A stretch of DNA of 64,000 nt, taken from the NCBI GenBank assembly GCA_963704165.1, contig CAVPHD010000001.1, positions 384,001 through 448,000 of the forward strand. Direction: 5' to 3'. Below are positions 42,223 to 52,137 of this stretch, one piece after another; within the stretch, counting starts at the first letter, position 1, and the number at the start of each line of letters is the position of its first letter. Source of the DNA: an uncultured delta proteobacterium (GTDB lineage: Bacteria; Myxococcota_A; UBA9160; SZUA-336). The position numbers and the translations under genes were made by a program. Under the pieces are notes generated by a model. That model had not been told where the DNA came from, did no database searches, and was given only the letters and a program-made list of their open reading frames with translations.

Positions 42223-42741
42223 ATGAACTCGACACTCTTTCGTGTTTCAGGCGGTATCGTCGCCGCCCTGGTCCTCGCCCTCGCCGCGCTGGTCGTCGGC
42301 GCGCGCTTCGCCGACGGTCCTCTCGCCCTCGTCGCGGGCGGCCCCTTCAGGAGCGGGGAACTCGTGACCGGCCCCGAGCCGGACTGGTCGTTCGTGCGCG
42401 AGATCCGCGAGGTGGAGTTCCAGCTTCTCGACCCGGCGCGCTCGCGCACGACCTGGATCCTCGATCACGAAGGCAAGGCCTACATCCCGAGCGGCTACAT
42501 GACCACGTGGTGGGGACGGATCTGGAAGCAGTGGCCGGCGGAGGCCGAGAAGGATGGACGAATCCTGCTGCGCGTCGGCGACCGGCTCTACGAGCGACAG
42601 CTCGTGCGAGTCGAGGAGGGGCCGATGATCGAGCCGCTCCTCTCGCAGCTCGGCGAGAAGTATGTCGGAGGCAGCGAGATACCGCTCGATGCCGTGACAT
42701 CGGGATACCTCTGGATCTTCGAGCTGGCGCCGCGACGCTGA
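42223..42741 (+). CDS. Hypothetical membrane-anchored protein
   Basis: AGGAGG RBS, N-terminal TM helix and GC-type codon usage. Confidence 0.65.
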   Translation: MNSTLFRVSGGIVAALVLALAALVVGARFADGPLALVAGGPFRSGELVTGPEPDWSFVREIREVEFQLLDPARSRTTWILDHEGKAYIPSGYMTTWWGRIWKQWPAEAEKDGRILLRVGDRLYERQLVRVEEGPMIEPLLSQLGEKYVGGSEIPLDAVTSGYLWIFELAPRR

Positions 42742-42748
42742 CCGACGT

Positions 42749-44052
42749 TCACTGCAGGCCGTAGCGGCGGAGCTTCTTGTACAGGCACTCGCGCGTGATG
42801 CCGAGCTCGCGCGCGGTGACGACGCGGCGGTTCGCGTTGCGTTCGAGCGATCGGGACAGGTACCAGGATTCGAAGCGCGCGACGGCTTCGCGGAGCGTCT
42901 CGCTCTGCACGTCGCGCGGCAGGCCGGGCGCGACGCCGCGAAGCTGGGGGAGAGCATGCGCGCGGTGATCTCGGCGCCGCCTTCGGCATGCGTGACGATC
43001 CGCGCGACCTCGTTCTCGAGCTCGCGGACGTTTCCGGGCCACGGATAGGTCTCGAGCAATCGCCGCGCGTCGGACGCGACACGATGCAGCCGCGCAGCGT
43101 CGGGGCTGGCTTCGAGGAACTGTACGACGAGCGGAACGATGTCTTCCGTGCGCGAGCGCAGCGGCGGCAATGCGATCGGGAACACGTTGAGCCGGAAGTA
43201 GAGATCGCGCCGGAAGCGCGCGCAATCGACCTCGTGAGCGAGATCGCGATTGGTCGCGGCGACGATGCGCACGTCCACGCGGCGTCTCGCGCTGCGCGCC
43301 GAGCGCGCGAACCACTCCCTCCTGGAGCACGCGCAGGAGCTTGACCTGGAAGCCGAGCGACGTCTCGCCGATCTCGTCGAGGAAGAGCGTGCCGCCGTTC
43401 GCCGCCACGAAGTGACCCGGACGCGCGCGGCTCGCGCCGGTGAACGCGCCGCGATCGTGGCCGAAGAGCTCGCTCTCGAGCAGGGTCTCGGGAAACGCCG
43501 CGCAGTTGATCGCGACGAACGGCCCTGCGAGCGCCGCCCGCCCTCGTGCAGCGCGCGTGCGATCACCTCCTTGCCCGTCCCGGTTTCGCCGAGCAGAAGC
43601 ACGGTCGCGTCGCTGGACTGCGCCTTGCGAACGAGCTCGAGACAGGAGCGCATGCTCGGGCTGCGCGCGACGATCGCTCCGGCGGCCCGAAGCGGCGGCG
43701 CGGGTTCGCGCGTTCGGAACAGCTCGTCGACGCGAGCGCGCAGACTCGCGGGAGTCGAGGCATCGCGGACGACGATCTCCTGCACACCGCAAGCGAAGAG
43801 CTCCGACGCACGCTCGACATCGGACGTATCGACCACGGCGATCACCGGGAGCCGGTTCCGGCGCCGGCGCAGCCAACGCGCGTCGGAGAGCGCGGATTCG
43901 ACCTGCCGGTGATCGAGACAGATCGCGCGGTAGCCGTTCGACCCGAGCGCCGTCGCCGCGTGCTCTCGATCCGCGACGGTTGAACGCAGCTCGCGATCCG
44001 CCGTCGCATCCGAGGTCGCGACATCCGAGAGAACCAGGATCCCTTCGTCCAT
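42749..44052 (-). CDS. Sigma54-dependent Fis-family activator with degenerate N-terminal receiver-like domain, frameshifted
   Basis: [22 protein letters not shown] and WPGNVREL motifs plus a C-terminal HTH, in alternating frames. Confidence 0.9.
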
Positions 44053-44195
44053 GACTGCTCCTCCATCCGGAGCGATCCGAGAGAGCAAGTCACGTGCCCG
44101 CATTCACGGGATCGCGCAGGCGACTCACCCGGCGCGATGCGTCTCGAGCCGCGCGCATGGTCGCCAGAGCTGGCCGGGTCGGTGCGCGGGGCGAC

Positions 44196-44816
44196 TCAGG
44201 TGATCGAGCTGCGGACGAGCTCGACGAGCTCCGCGAGCCCGTGGGATGCGAAGAAGTGGTCGGCCTTCGGAATCACGTCGAGGTTCACGTTCACCATGTC
44301 ATCGAGCAGCGCCGAGAGCTGACCGATCGGCGCGAACGCATCGCGCCCGCCGACGATCACGTGGATCGGCCCGCTGAATTCGTCGAGCGGAAGTGACTCG
44401 ATCATCGAGATCGGAGGCGCGACCAGGATCAGCTCGACGACGCGCGGATCGCGCAGGCCGACGCGCGCCGCGGTCGCGGCACCGAACGAGTAACCGGCGG
44501 CGATCACCGGCGCACCGGTGGTCTCGGACACCTGCTCGAGAGCGGCGAGGTAATCCTCGTCGGCCTCTCGCGCGGACCCGCTGATCACGCCCTGACTCGC
44601 ACCCACACCGCGCCAGTTGAAGCGCAGCGATGCGACGCCCGCTTTGTGCAGCGCGTAGGCGAGCTCGCTCACGACCGGATTCTCGAGACTCCCGCCGTAC
44701 TCCGGATGTGGCGGCGCGATCACGGCACCGCGGCTGTCACCCTTCTGCCACACGCCCTCGAGCACGAGCCCGGCGTCCGGCACGACGATCGGAACCATCT
44801 GCTCCTTCCACGCCAT
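44196..44816 (-). CDS. Small alpha/beta hydrolase
   Basis: PHPEYGGS, RFNWRGVG, GYSFG and ADHFF. Confidence 0.9.
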   Translation of the reverse strand: MAWKEQMVPIVVPDAGLVLEGVWQKGDSRGAVIAPPHPEYGGSLENPVVSELAYALHKAGVASLRFNWRGVGASQGVISGSAREADEDYLAALEQVSETTGAPVIAAGYSFGAATAARVGLRDPRVVELILVAPPISMIESLPLDEFSGPIHVIVGGRDAFAPIGQLSALLDDMVNVNLDVIPKADHFFASHGLAELVELVRSSIT

Positions 44817-44822
44817 CGGCCT

Positions 44823-46107
44823 TCAGACTAGCGCGCGTGCGAGCGACTCGGCCCCCGGTGGAGCGAGCCCGAGCTCCCGCGCGAGCGCCTCGGGGCTGTA
44901 GCTGGTGCCGGTGTTCCAGAGCTCGAGCAGAAGCTCGCCGGCGGGACGGCTCGCCCACCAGCGCATCCCGAAGCGATCGCGCAGCTGGCGCACGAGCTCG
45001 AACGCGACCGCCTGCGCGCGCAGGACGTCGACCGTGTGGAGCCGCGCGGAGCACTCGAGCAGGAAATCCGCCTCGTTCGCAGAACGCCCGAGCGCGTCTT
45101 CGAGGTGCTCGGCGTACATCGACTCGAGACCGTGCGGATCCGCGCCGGGAGCGAGATCGGCGAGCGCCAGCTCGACCGCGACCCGGGCCGCCGTCCGGCG
45201 CGCCGCGACCCGCCGCCGCGCGCGCATCACCGCGCCGAACTCCTCGACCCGCCCGCCGACCAGACCCGAGTCGGCGAAGCTCGGCTCGGCCAGGATCGCC
45301 GGGAGCACGAAGCGCCACACAGCGCCGCTCGCCGGATCGCCGAGCACGCGCTGCTCGAGCGGAAGTGCTTCGGACGTGAATGCGGCGTGCAGCGCCTCGC
45401 CGGCGGCGGCAAAGAGAGCCTCGAGCGCGGGAAGACCCGCGATCGAGCTGTACACGAGGTGAACCTCGCCCGGCACGCGCGGCGCGCTCGCGAACGCGAG
45501 ACCACCTGCGGGCGCGGACGCGGCGATCCGGAGTCCGGGAGCGCGCTCGAGTGGGATGCCCAATTCCGCGAGCGCGTGGTCGAGCGCGGGCCGCATCCGC
45601 GAAGCGGTGAGCAGCTCGTCCCAGGCGAGCGGACGCAACGAGCGCTCCGCGTCGCGCGCGGCCGAACGGGTCGCAGCCAGCAGCGCCTGCGCCTGCGCAG
45701 CCCAGAAATCGTAGTCCACCCCGGGCCGCTGCGACTCGGCAAACGCACGGGCGTTGGCGAAGCCGAGCGTGGCGAGCACCTCGCTCTCGCGCGCGACGAG
45801 CTCCTCGCGCAGCGCCACGGCATCGGGCCGGGCGCGCGCGTCCGCGGCCAGCGCGCGCGTGTTTCGCGCGAGCACCGCGGCTCGCACGGCGGCGATCATC
45901 CGGGCACGCCGCTCGCGTGAAGCTTCGAAGTGCGAAGAGGCGGCCTCCGCCTCGAGCTCGCGAAGCGCGTCACCGCTCGCTCACGTCGAGGTGGTCCTCG
46001 TCCGCGCGCTCGAAGTCGAGCTCGGCGCTTCGCCCGGCACGAAAGTCGAGGAGAACCCGGACACGGGCTTCGCGCAGGGATTCGTAGCGGGCACGCAGAT
46101 CCGTCAT
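44823..46107 (-). CDS. Hypothetical helical protein, distantly M3-peptidase-like (frameshift near 45970)
   Basis: ORF 44823-45899 extends upstream by a frameshift to ATG 46107; PGEVHL and RFGMRWW...GELLLELW. Confidence 0.55.
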
Positions 46108-46140
46108 GGCGCGGGGATTCTAGGCTACGCTGCCGACCGG

Positions 46141-46689
46141 ATGAGCGATGGCGACGACAGCGCGGAGTTGATCGCGCGGCGTGTGCTCTGGCAGGGCAGC
46201 GTCGGCTCGTTCGGTCTGGATTCGGTCGTCCTTCCGAGTGGGCGGAGGGCGGAGCTCGCGATCCTGAAGCACCCGGGCGCCGCGGCCGTCGTCCCGTTTC
46301 TCGATCGCGAGAGGATCGTTTTGCTGCGCCAGTTCCGGCACGCCGCGGGCGGAACGATCTGGGAGGTTCCGGCCGGCAAGCTCGACGCCGACGAGGATCC
46401 GGCGGCCTGCGCCGCGCGCGAGCTCGCCGAGGAGACCGGCTATCGCGCGGGACGGATCGAGCGCACGGGCGCGATCTTCACCACACCCGGGTTCACCGAC
46501 GAGCGGATCCACCTCTTCGCGGCCTTCGATCTCGTGTCCGGCCCGACCGCGCACGAAGGAAACGAGGTGATCCGCTGCGAAGTCCTGCCGCTCGCCCGCG
46601 CGCTCGCGATGATCGACTCGGGTGAGATCAGCGATGCCAAGACGATCGCCGCGTTGTTCCTCGCCTCGCGGCGACTCGGCAAGGGATGA
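46141..46689 (+). CDS. NUDIX hydrolase (ADP-ribose pyrophosphatase-like)
   Basis: Nudix box GKLD..EDPAACAARELAEETG; HPGA and PGFTDE. Confidence 0.93.
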   Translation: MSDGDDSAELIARRVLWQGSVGSFGLDSVVLPSGRRAELAILKHPGAAAVVPFLDRERIVLLRQFRHAAGGTIWEVPAGKLDADEDPAACAARELAEETGYRAGRIERTGAIFTTPGFTDERIHLFAAFDLVSGPTAHEGNEVIRCEVLPLARALAMIDSGEISDAKTIAALFLASRRLGKG

Positions 46690-47591
46690 CGGCGCCGCTC
46701 GGGGTTGCGCTGACCGCGCACTGGCTTCGGCTCGACGCGGTGCTTCGACTGGTGCGGCGGGCCGAGGCGCTCGGCTACTCGCTCGTGCTGGTCGACGGCG
46801 ACGCGGCGATCGCGGAATCGCAGCCGGAGCGGCCGATCTACGACGCCACCGCGCTCACCGCTGCCGCCGCGCTCTCGACCGAGCGCGTGCGGATCGGGGC
46901 GATCCACTTCCCGCTGCTCTGGAACGCGCTCTTGCTCGCGCGAAACCTGGCGACGCTGCAGGAGCTCGCCGGCGGAAGGCTGATCGGCGTCTTCGGCGTG
47001 GGCGCGAAGCGCGCGTCGCATCGCCTCGGACTGCCCGAGCCCGACGGCGCGGAGCGCGTCGCTCGGCTCGCCGAGATGCTCGACGTGGTTCGCGCGCTTC
47101 TCGCGGGACAGACGGTGACACGAAGTGGCAGGTTCACCTCGCTCGCGCGCGCGAGCATCACGCTGTCGAGCACGCCGGTGCCGATCGCGGTCTCTGCCGC
47201 GGGAGAGAAGGCACTCGACGTCGTGCGCGAGCACGCGGACATCTGGGATGCCAACGTCCCTCCGCTGCGGGAACGTCTGCTCCCGCTGCGGGAACGACTC
47301 GGCCGGGCGATCCCGACCTGGTGCTGGGTCTTCTCGCGTCCGGGCGCGAGCTTCGAGGACGCTTCGCGAGCCTATCGCCGTCACGCTCCCTGGTTTCGAG
47401 GCCTCGCGGTGGCCGAGGTCGAGCGCGCGATTCTCTACGGGGACCCCGGGGGCTGTCGCGAGAGGCTGGCCAGGCTGCGCGAGGATCTCGATCTGGCGCT
47501 GCCGATCATCGACCTCACGGGACTCGACGAGGACGATGCGGCTCGCGCGCTCGACGCCCTTGCGCCTGCGGGCGACGCGCGAATTTCGTAG
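46686..47591 (+). CDS. LLM-class flavin-dependent oxidoreductase
   Basis: AEALGY, STERVRIG and LQELAGGRL..GVG motifs; ATGA overlap with the NUDIX gene. Confidence 0.8.
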   Translation: MTAPLGVALTAHWLRLDAVLRLVRRAEALGYSLVLVDGDAAIAESQPERPIYDATALTAAAALSTERVRIGAIHFPLLWNALLLARNLATLQELAGGRLIGVFGVGAKRASHRLGLPEPDGAERVARLAEMLDVVRALLAGQTVTRSGRFTSLARASITLSSTPVPIAVSAAGEKALDVVREHADIWDANVPPLRERLLPLRERLGRAIPTWCWVFSRPGASFEDASRAYRRHAPWFRGLAVAEVERAILYGDPGGCRERLARLREDLDLALPIIDLTGLDEDDAARALDALAPAGDARIS

Positions 47592-47601
47592 GCTCCGGGC
47601 C

Positions 47602-48349
47602 ATGTTCGGGCGCAATCAATACTCGGGCGGCGGCATACGGGGCATGACGCCGATGGTGCAGCGCATCATGATCGCGTGCGGAGTGATATGGCTGCTCCAG
47701 TTCGTGCTCGGCTCGAATGGAATCCCGCTGACGTGGCTCGCCTCGGTCAGCGTGGAGGGCGTCTTCGAGCACGGATACATCTGGCAGCCATTCACGTACA
47801 TGTGGCTGCACTCGACCGACTCGTTCCTGCACCTGGCGATGAACATGTTCGCGCTCTGGATGTTCGGCGGGCAGGTGGAGTCGGCGTGGGGCTCGCAGCG
47901 CTTCCTGCGCTTCTACCTGATCTGCGGAGTGGGCGCGGGCTTCATCATCCTGTTCTGGAATGCGTTCACGGGCGTCAGCGCGATCACGCTCGGCGCCTCG
48001 GGCGTCGATCTACGGTGTGCTGACGGCCTTCAGCCTGCTCTGGCCGGACCGCACGATCATGCTGCTGTTTCCTCCGATCCCGATGCGCGCGATCTGGTTC
48101 ATTCCCATTCTGTTCGCGCTTCAGCTCGTCATGGGCGGGCGGGACGGCGTCAGCAACGTCGGGCACCTCGGCGGCGTGATCGTCGCGGGAATCCTCCTGC
48201 GCAACGAAGTTCAGCGCGTGATCGGGGTACGCTCGCTTCGCTATCGCTGGAATCGGATGCGGATGCGAAACCGGCTCCGCGCCGTGCGCCGGGACGAGTT
48301 CGAGCGCCGGAAGCACGACGACGACGACGATCGGCCGCGTTTCCACTGA
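47602..48349 (+). CDS. Rhomboid intramembrane serine protease (frameshift near 48005)
   Basis: WQPFTYMWLH, HLAMNM, GASG and HLGG. Confidence 0.9.
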
Positions 48350-48350
48350 A

Positions 48351-48452
48351 TCCGTCGGCCTGAATGCCAAGGGCCCTGCGACTTTCATCGCAGGGCCCTG
48401 GAACCGACCCCTCTCCGACCCCGGCGAGAGCAACGTCGCCTCTCACCGACGG
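48351..48452 (-). ncRNA. Candidate small structured RNA
   Basis: Own promoter, 5' hairpin, G-rich linker and 3' terminator-like hairpin; no ORF. Confidence 0.5.
48370..48399. terminator. Perfect 12-bp hairpin, probably a (bidirectional) terminator
   Basis: AGGGCCCTGCGA-ctttca-TCGCAGGGCCCT between convergent transcription units. Confidence 0.7.
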
Positions 48453-48457
48453 AGCGG

Positions 48458-48487
48458 ATTCTATTTTCGTCGTGCGCGATGTGTCAA
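48458..48487 (-). promoter_or_regulatory. Near-consensus sigma70 promoter TTGACA-N18-TAGAAT
   Basis: -35 at 48487-48482 (contains the rlmD stop codon) and -10 at 48463-48458. Confidence 0.75.
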
Positions 48488-49578
48488 ACAGATTCGAGGA
48501 CCGCGATCGTCTCGATGTGGTGCGTCTGTGGAAGCGCATCGAGAACGACGAGTCGCGCGATCCGAAAACCCGATCCGAGGCGCGCGACGTCTCGCGCGAG
48601 CGTCGAGGCTTCGCACGAGACGTAGACGATGCGGCGCGGACGGGCTTCGCGGATCGCATCCAACACCGAACGGTGACAACCGACGCGCGGCGGATTGAGC
48701 AGCACGAGCTCGGGTGCGAGCGAAGCGAGTCCACGCGGCGCCCAGTCCTCGCACGCGGTCTCGACGATCTCGGCTTTGCGCGCGTTCATGCGCGCGTCCC
48801 GCGCCGAGGGCCCGCGCTCCACCGCGACGACGCGGTCGAAGCGCTCCGAGAGCGCCTGCGTGTAGAAGCCGACGCCGCAGTACAGCTCGCAGGCGCGCTC
48901 GCCGCTTCCGCAGGCATCGACGACCAACGCGTGCCAACGCTCCCAGAGCGGCCGATTCGCCTGGAAGAACGCCGTCGGGCCGACCGCGAAGGCGCGGCCT
49001 CCGATCTCGACCCGCTCGCCGTAGCCGCGGATCTCGATCTCGCCCTGGCCTCGCGGTGGCCGGGCCCGAACCCGCGCGAGCTCCGTCTCGGTGGCCGAAT
49101 CGAGAACCGCGCAGCGCTCGATGTCGACGACTTCGTGCGAGCCGTGCGCGCGAAAGCCGACTCGACCCTCTGCGAACGAGATCCGTGCGCGCGAGCGATA
49201 GGCGAGCGCGGCGGGACTCGCGACGTGTTCGATCGCAGGCAGCGCCTCGACCCGACCGATCCTCTTCAACGCCTCGCTCACGATCTCGACTCGCGCGCGC
49301 GACTGCGCGGATTCCTCGAGGTGCAGCCAGGAGCAGCCGCCGCAGCGGCCGTAGTACGGGCACTTCGGCTCGCGCCGCGCCGGGCCCGACTCGATCAGCG
49401 CTTCGATCTCGGCGCGGGCGAAGCGGGGCTCGAGACGCGTGATGCGTGCGCGCACGCGATCTCCGGGCGCGGACTTCGGCACGAACACCGTGAGTCCGTC
49501 GACGTGCGCGACGCCGTCGCCGCCCGCGGCGAGGCGCTCGATCTCGAGCTCCAGCTCCGATCCGACTCGCGCGCTCAA
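48484..49578 (-). CDS. rlmD: 23S rRNA m5U methyltransferase (RlmD/TrmA family, TRAM domain)
   Basis: CPYYGRCGGC Fe-S motif; FFQAN, ELYCGVG, NPPR and YVSC. Confidence 0.9.
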   Translation of the reverse strand: MSARVGSELELEIERLAAGGDGVAHVDGLTVFVPKSAPGDRVRARITRLEPRFARAEIEALIESGPARREPKCPYYGRCGGCSWLHLEESAQSRARVEIVSEALKRIGRVEALPAIEHVASPAALAYRSRARISFAEGRVGFRAHGSHEVVDIERCAVLDSATETELARVRARPPRGQGEIEIRGYGERVEIGGRAFAVGPTAFFQANRPLWERWHALVVDACGSGERACELYCGVGFYTQALSERFDRVVAVERGPSARDARMNARKAEIVETACEDWAPRGLASLAPELVLLNPPRVGCHRSVLDAIREARPRRIVYVSCEASTLARDVARLGSGFRIARLVVLDALPQTHHIETIAVLESV

Positions 49579-50465
49579 GGCCCCGGCGAGACGGTGCGTC
49601 GCGCGCTGCCCACGCGCAGCTCGACCGCGCCGGGATCGATGCGATGGACGAGCACGCCGGCGATGATGTCACCCTCGTGCGCTTCGGGTGCGTTCTGCCG
49701 CTCGAAGCGGAGGTTGGCGACGCGCCGCTCGGGGCTCGGATGCCAACGAATGCTCACCACCTGTACGTCGGGGAACGCGCTCTGCGGCGCATCGCGCTCC
49801 GTTTCGCGTTCGGTCGAACGCTTCGCCACCGGCGCGACGTCGGGCTTCGGGCGAGCGGCGGGCTTCGGCCTCGCACTCTGCGCGGGCGGCGCCGGCGGCG
49901 GCCGTTCGACTTCGACCACGGGTGCGGGCGGCTCCGGCTTCGCCGATGCGCGCTGAGCCGCTTCCGCTCGCTCCCGATCGGCCTGACGCTGTGCCTCCTG
50001 CGCGGCGCGGGCGTTGACGAGCGCGGCCTCGAGGCGTGCGCGCTCCGCGGCGATCTCGGGCGAGTCGGTCTGCGCGGTCGGAGCCTTCATCGCCGATTCA
50101 CCGTCGGGGAGCGCCGGACGCGCGAGCTTCGCGCGAGGCTTCGCGACCTCCGCGCGCGCGGCCGCCGCCTCTTGCTCGAGGACCTCGCGTTCGACCTCGG
50201 CGAGCTCCGCATCCGTCGCGACCCGGTCTTCGCCCGATTCCTCCGTGCCGAAGACATCGAGGCCGCCGCTCGAGTACAGCCACCCGCCCGCACCGCTGAT
50301 CGCAAGGAGCAGGATCCCCGCGACGACCCAGCGCGAAACCCCACGTCGCCGACGCGCGGGCGGTGAAGGAGTCTCGTTGGTGACCGAGCCACGCAGGTCG
50401 GCGGAAGGACTCTGTGCCGAGCGCTCCCGCTGCAGCTTGCGAAGCGCGTCGAGAATCGTGCTCAT
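49575..50465 (-). CDS. exeB: GspB/ExeB-like protein
   Basis: Starts MSTILDALRK; TM helix, Pro/Ala linker and C-terminal HEGD domain; coupled to exeA. Confidence 0.85.
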   Translation of the reverse strand: MSTILDALRKLQRERSAQSPSADLRGSVTNETPSPPARRRRGVSRWVVAGILLLAISGAGGWLYSSGGLDVFGTEESGEDRVATDAELAEVEREVLEQEAAAARAEVAKPRAKLARPALPDGESAMKAPTAQTDSPEIAAERARLEAALVNARAAQEAQRQADRERAEAAQRASAKPEPPAPVVEVERPPPAPPAQSARPKPAARPKPDVAPVAKRSTERETERDAPQSAFPDVQVVSIRWHPSPERRVANLRFERQNAPEAHEGDIIAGVLVHRIDPGAVELRVGSARRTVSPGP

Positions 50466-52072
50466 GGCGCGTGCTCGAGGTCGAAGAGCCGCGGGGTCGT
50501 GTAGCCGAGCGCCTGGTAGAGCGCGACCAGTGTCGCCGGACCGAGCTCGTCGGACGGCTCCAGCCCGTTCGCAAGTTGAAATGCGCGCACGGCCGTCGTC
50601 GTGAGCTCGTCGAACTCCTCGGTCGCGTCGCCGCGCTGCAGATATCCGAGCTCCGCGAGCCGCGCCTGAAGCCATCGGATCGCGCGCCCCCTCATGCCGG
50701 GCGCGAGCACGGGCAACGACTCGAAATTGGTCCACAGATAGAACGCGCGACCGGTCCAGCTCTGCTCGAGCTCGGCGAGAGGGCGCTCGACCGTCTCGCC
50801 CGCGATTCGCAGCTGTGCTCCACCCGACTCGTCCAGTCCGATCAGTGCGACGTACCGATGCTCGCTCTCACCCTCGTTCGGTTCGAGCTCGAGCACGGCC
50901 GGAAGATCCAGACTCGTGAGCATCTGCGTGGTCCCGCGCACGGGAAGTACGCTGAGCGGAGCGATCGCGGCGACGGCGTCGGGATACCGATCGGGGTCGA
51001 GCTCGGTGCCGATCGGCTGCTCGTAACCCCAGGTCGAGAGCAGCGCCTGCATCGCCTCGGCGGCGCTCGTGCGCGAGCTCCGCCCGTCGAGCCGCGTGGA
51101 CGGTCCGGGCGCGGACGAGACGGGCGCGGTCGACGTCGCCGCACTCTGCGACGGCGGCTCGCGCGGCGTGACGGCAGTGACGGCGAGTCCGATGACGAGC
51201 CCGAGCACCACGAGTCCGAGCGCGATCGGAAGGCGCAGACCGGTCAGCTCGCGGAAGCCCGAAAGCTCCGCCGCCGGGAGCTCGCGCGCCGCGCGGCGCA
51301 CGAGCTTCGCGTCGATCTGTCTAGCGCCCTGGGAGTAACCGGCGAGCAGCGCGCGGTCGGCGACCGCGTTGATCAGGCGCGGAATTCCCCGCGAGACGCG
51401 CGTGATCGCACGCACCGCTCGCGACGTGAAGATCTGCGGATCGGCCGAGCCGGCGACCCGAAGCCGGTGCTCCAGATACTCGCCAACCTCGCCGCGCGAG
51501 AGCGCGCGCAGGTTCCATCTCACCGTGATCCGCTGTCGCAGCTGGCGCAGGTCGGAACGGGCGAGGTTCTCCTCGAGCTCCGGTTGTCCGATCAGCACGA
51601 TCTGCAGCAGCTTCGCGCGATCGGTTTCGAGGTTCGAGAGCAGTCTCACCTGTTCGAGTACCGCGGGGTCGAGATTCTGCGCTTCGTCGATCACGAGCAG
51701 AACGCGTCGGCCGGCGGCGTTCTTCTCGAGCAGGAACTGATTCAGCGATTCGAGCAGCTCGGTTCTCGTTCGCACCGAGGTCGGCAACCCGAACTCGCGA
51801 TTGATCGCGGAGAGCAACTCGAGCTCGCTCGGGCTCGGGTTGAAGATGTAGGCGATCTCGGCGTCCTGGCCGATCCGGCCGAGCAGCGTCCGGCACAAGG
51901 TGGTCTTGCCCGTGCCGACCTGGCCGATCACCTCGATGAAGCCCTCGCCCTCCTCGATCCCATACAGAAGGTGTGCGAGCGCCTCGCGATGAGACGCGGA
52001 GAGAAACAGATAGCGAGGATCCGGCGCGAGCGAGAAGGGCTTCTCGCGAAGGCCGTAGAACCCGGTGTACAT
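50462..52072 (-). CDS. exeA: GspA/ExeA AAA ATPase with C-terminal peptidoglycan-binding domain
   Basis: FYGLREKPF, GQVGTGKT, IDEAQNL, GQPEL and GIPRLIN; PG-binding AVRAFQ. Confidence 0.93.
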   Translation of the reverse strand: MYTGFYGLREKPFSLAPDPRYLFLSASHREALAHLLYGIEEGEGFIEVIGQVGTGKTTLCRTLLGRIGQDAEIAYIFNPSPSELELLSAINREFGLPTSVRTRTELLESLNQFLLEKNAAGRRVLLVIDEAQNLDPAVLEQVRLLSNLETDRAKLLQIVLIGQPELEENLARSDLRQLRQRITVRWNLRALSRGEVGEYLEHRLRVAGSADPQIFTSRAVRAITRVSRGIPRLINAVADRALLAGYSQGARQIDAKLVRRAARELPAAELSGFRELTGLRLPIALGLVVLGLVIGLAVTAVTPREPPSQSAATSTAPVSSAPGPSTRLDGRSSRTSAAEAMQALLSTWGYEQPIGTELDPDRYPDAVAAIAPLSVLPVRGTTQMLTSLDLPAVLELEPNEGESEHRYVALIGLDESGGAQLRIAGETVERPLAELEQSWTGRAFYLWTNFESLPVLAPGMRGRAIRWLQARLAELGYLQRGDATEEFDELTTTAVRAFQLANGLEPSDELGPATLVALYQALGYTTPRLFDLEHAP

Positions 52073-52137
52073 CGCGTTCGCTCCTAACCCGCCGGGCTTC
52101 GGCGGGTCGTCGGGCAGGGTGATACTCTGCGCCGCGT

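Noticed and set aside
49575..52072. exeA/exeB as evidence of a secretion island
   Set aside because: No secretin, pilin or other T2SS/T4P genes are in the window, and exeAB pairs are commonly unlinked from the main cluster.
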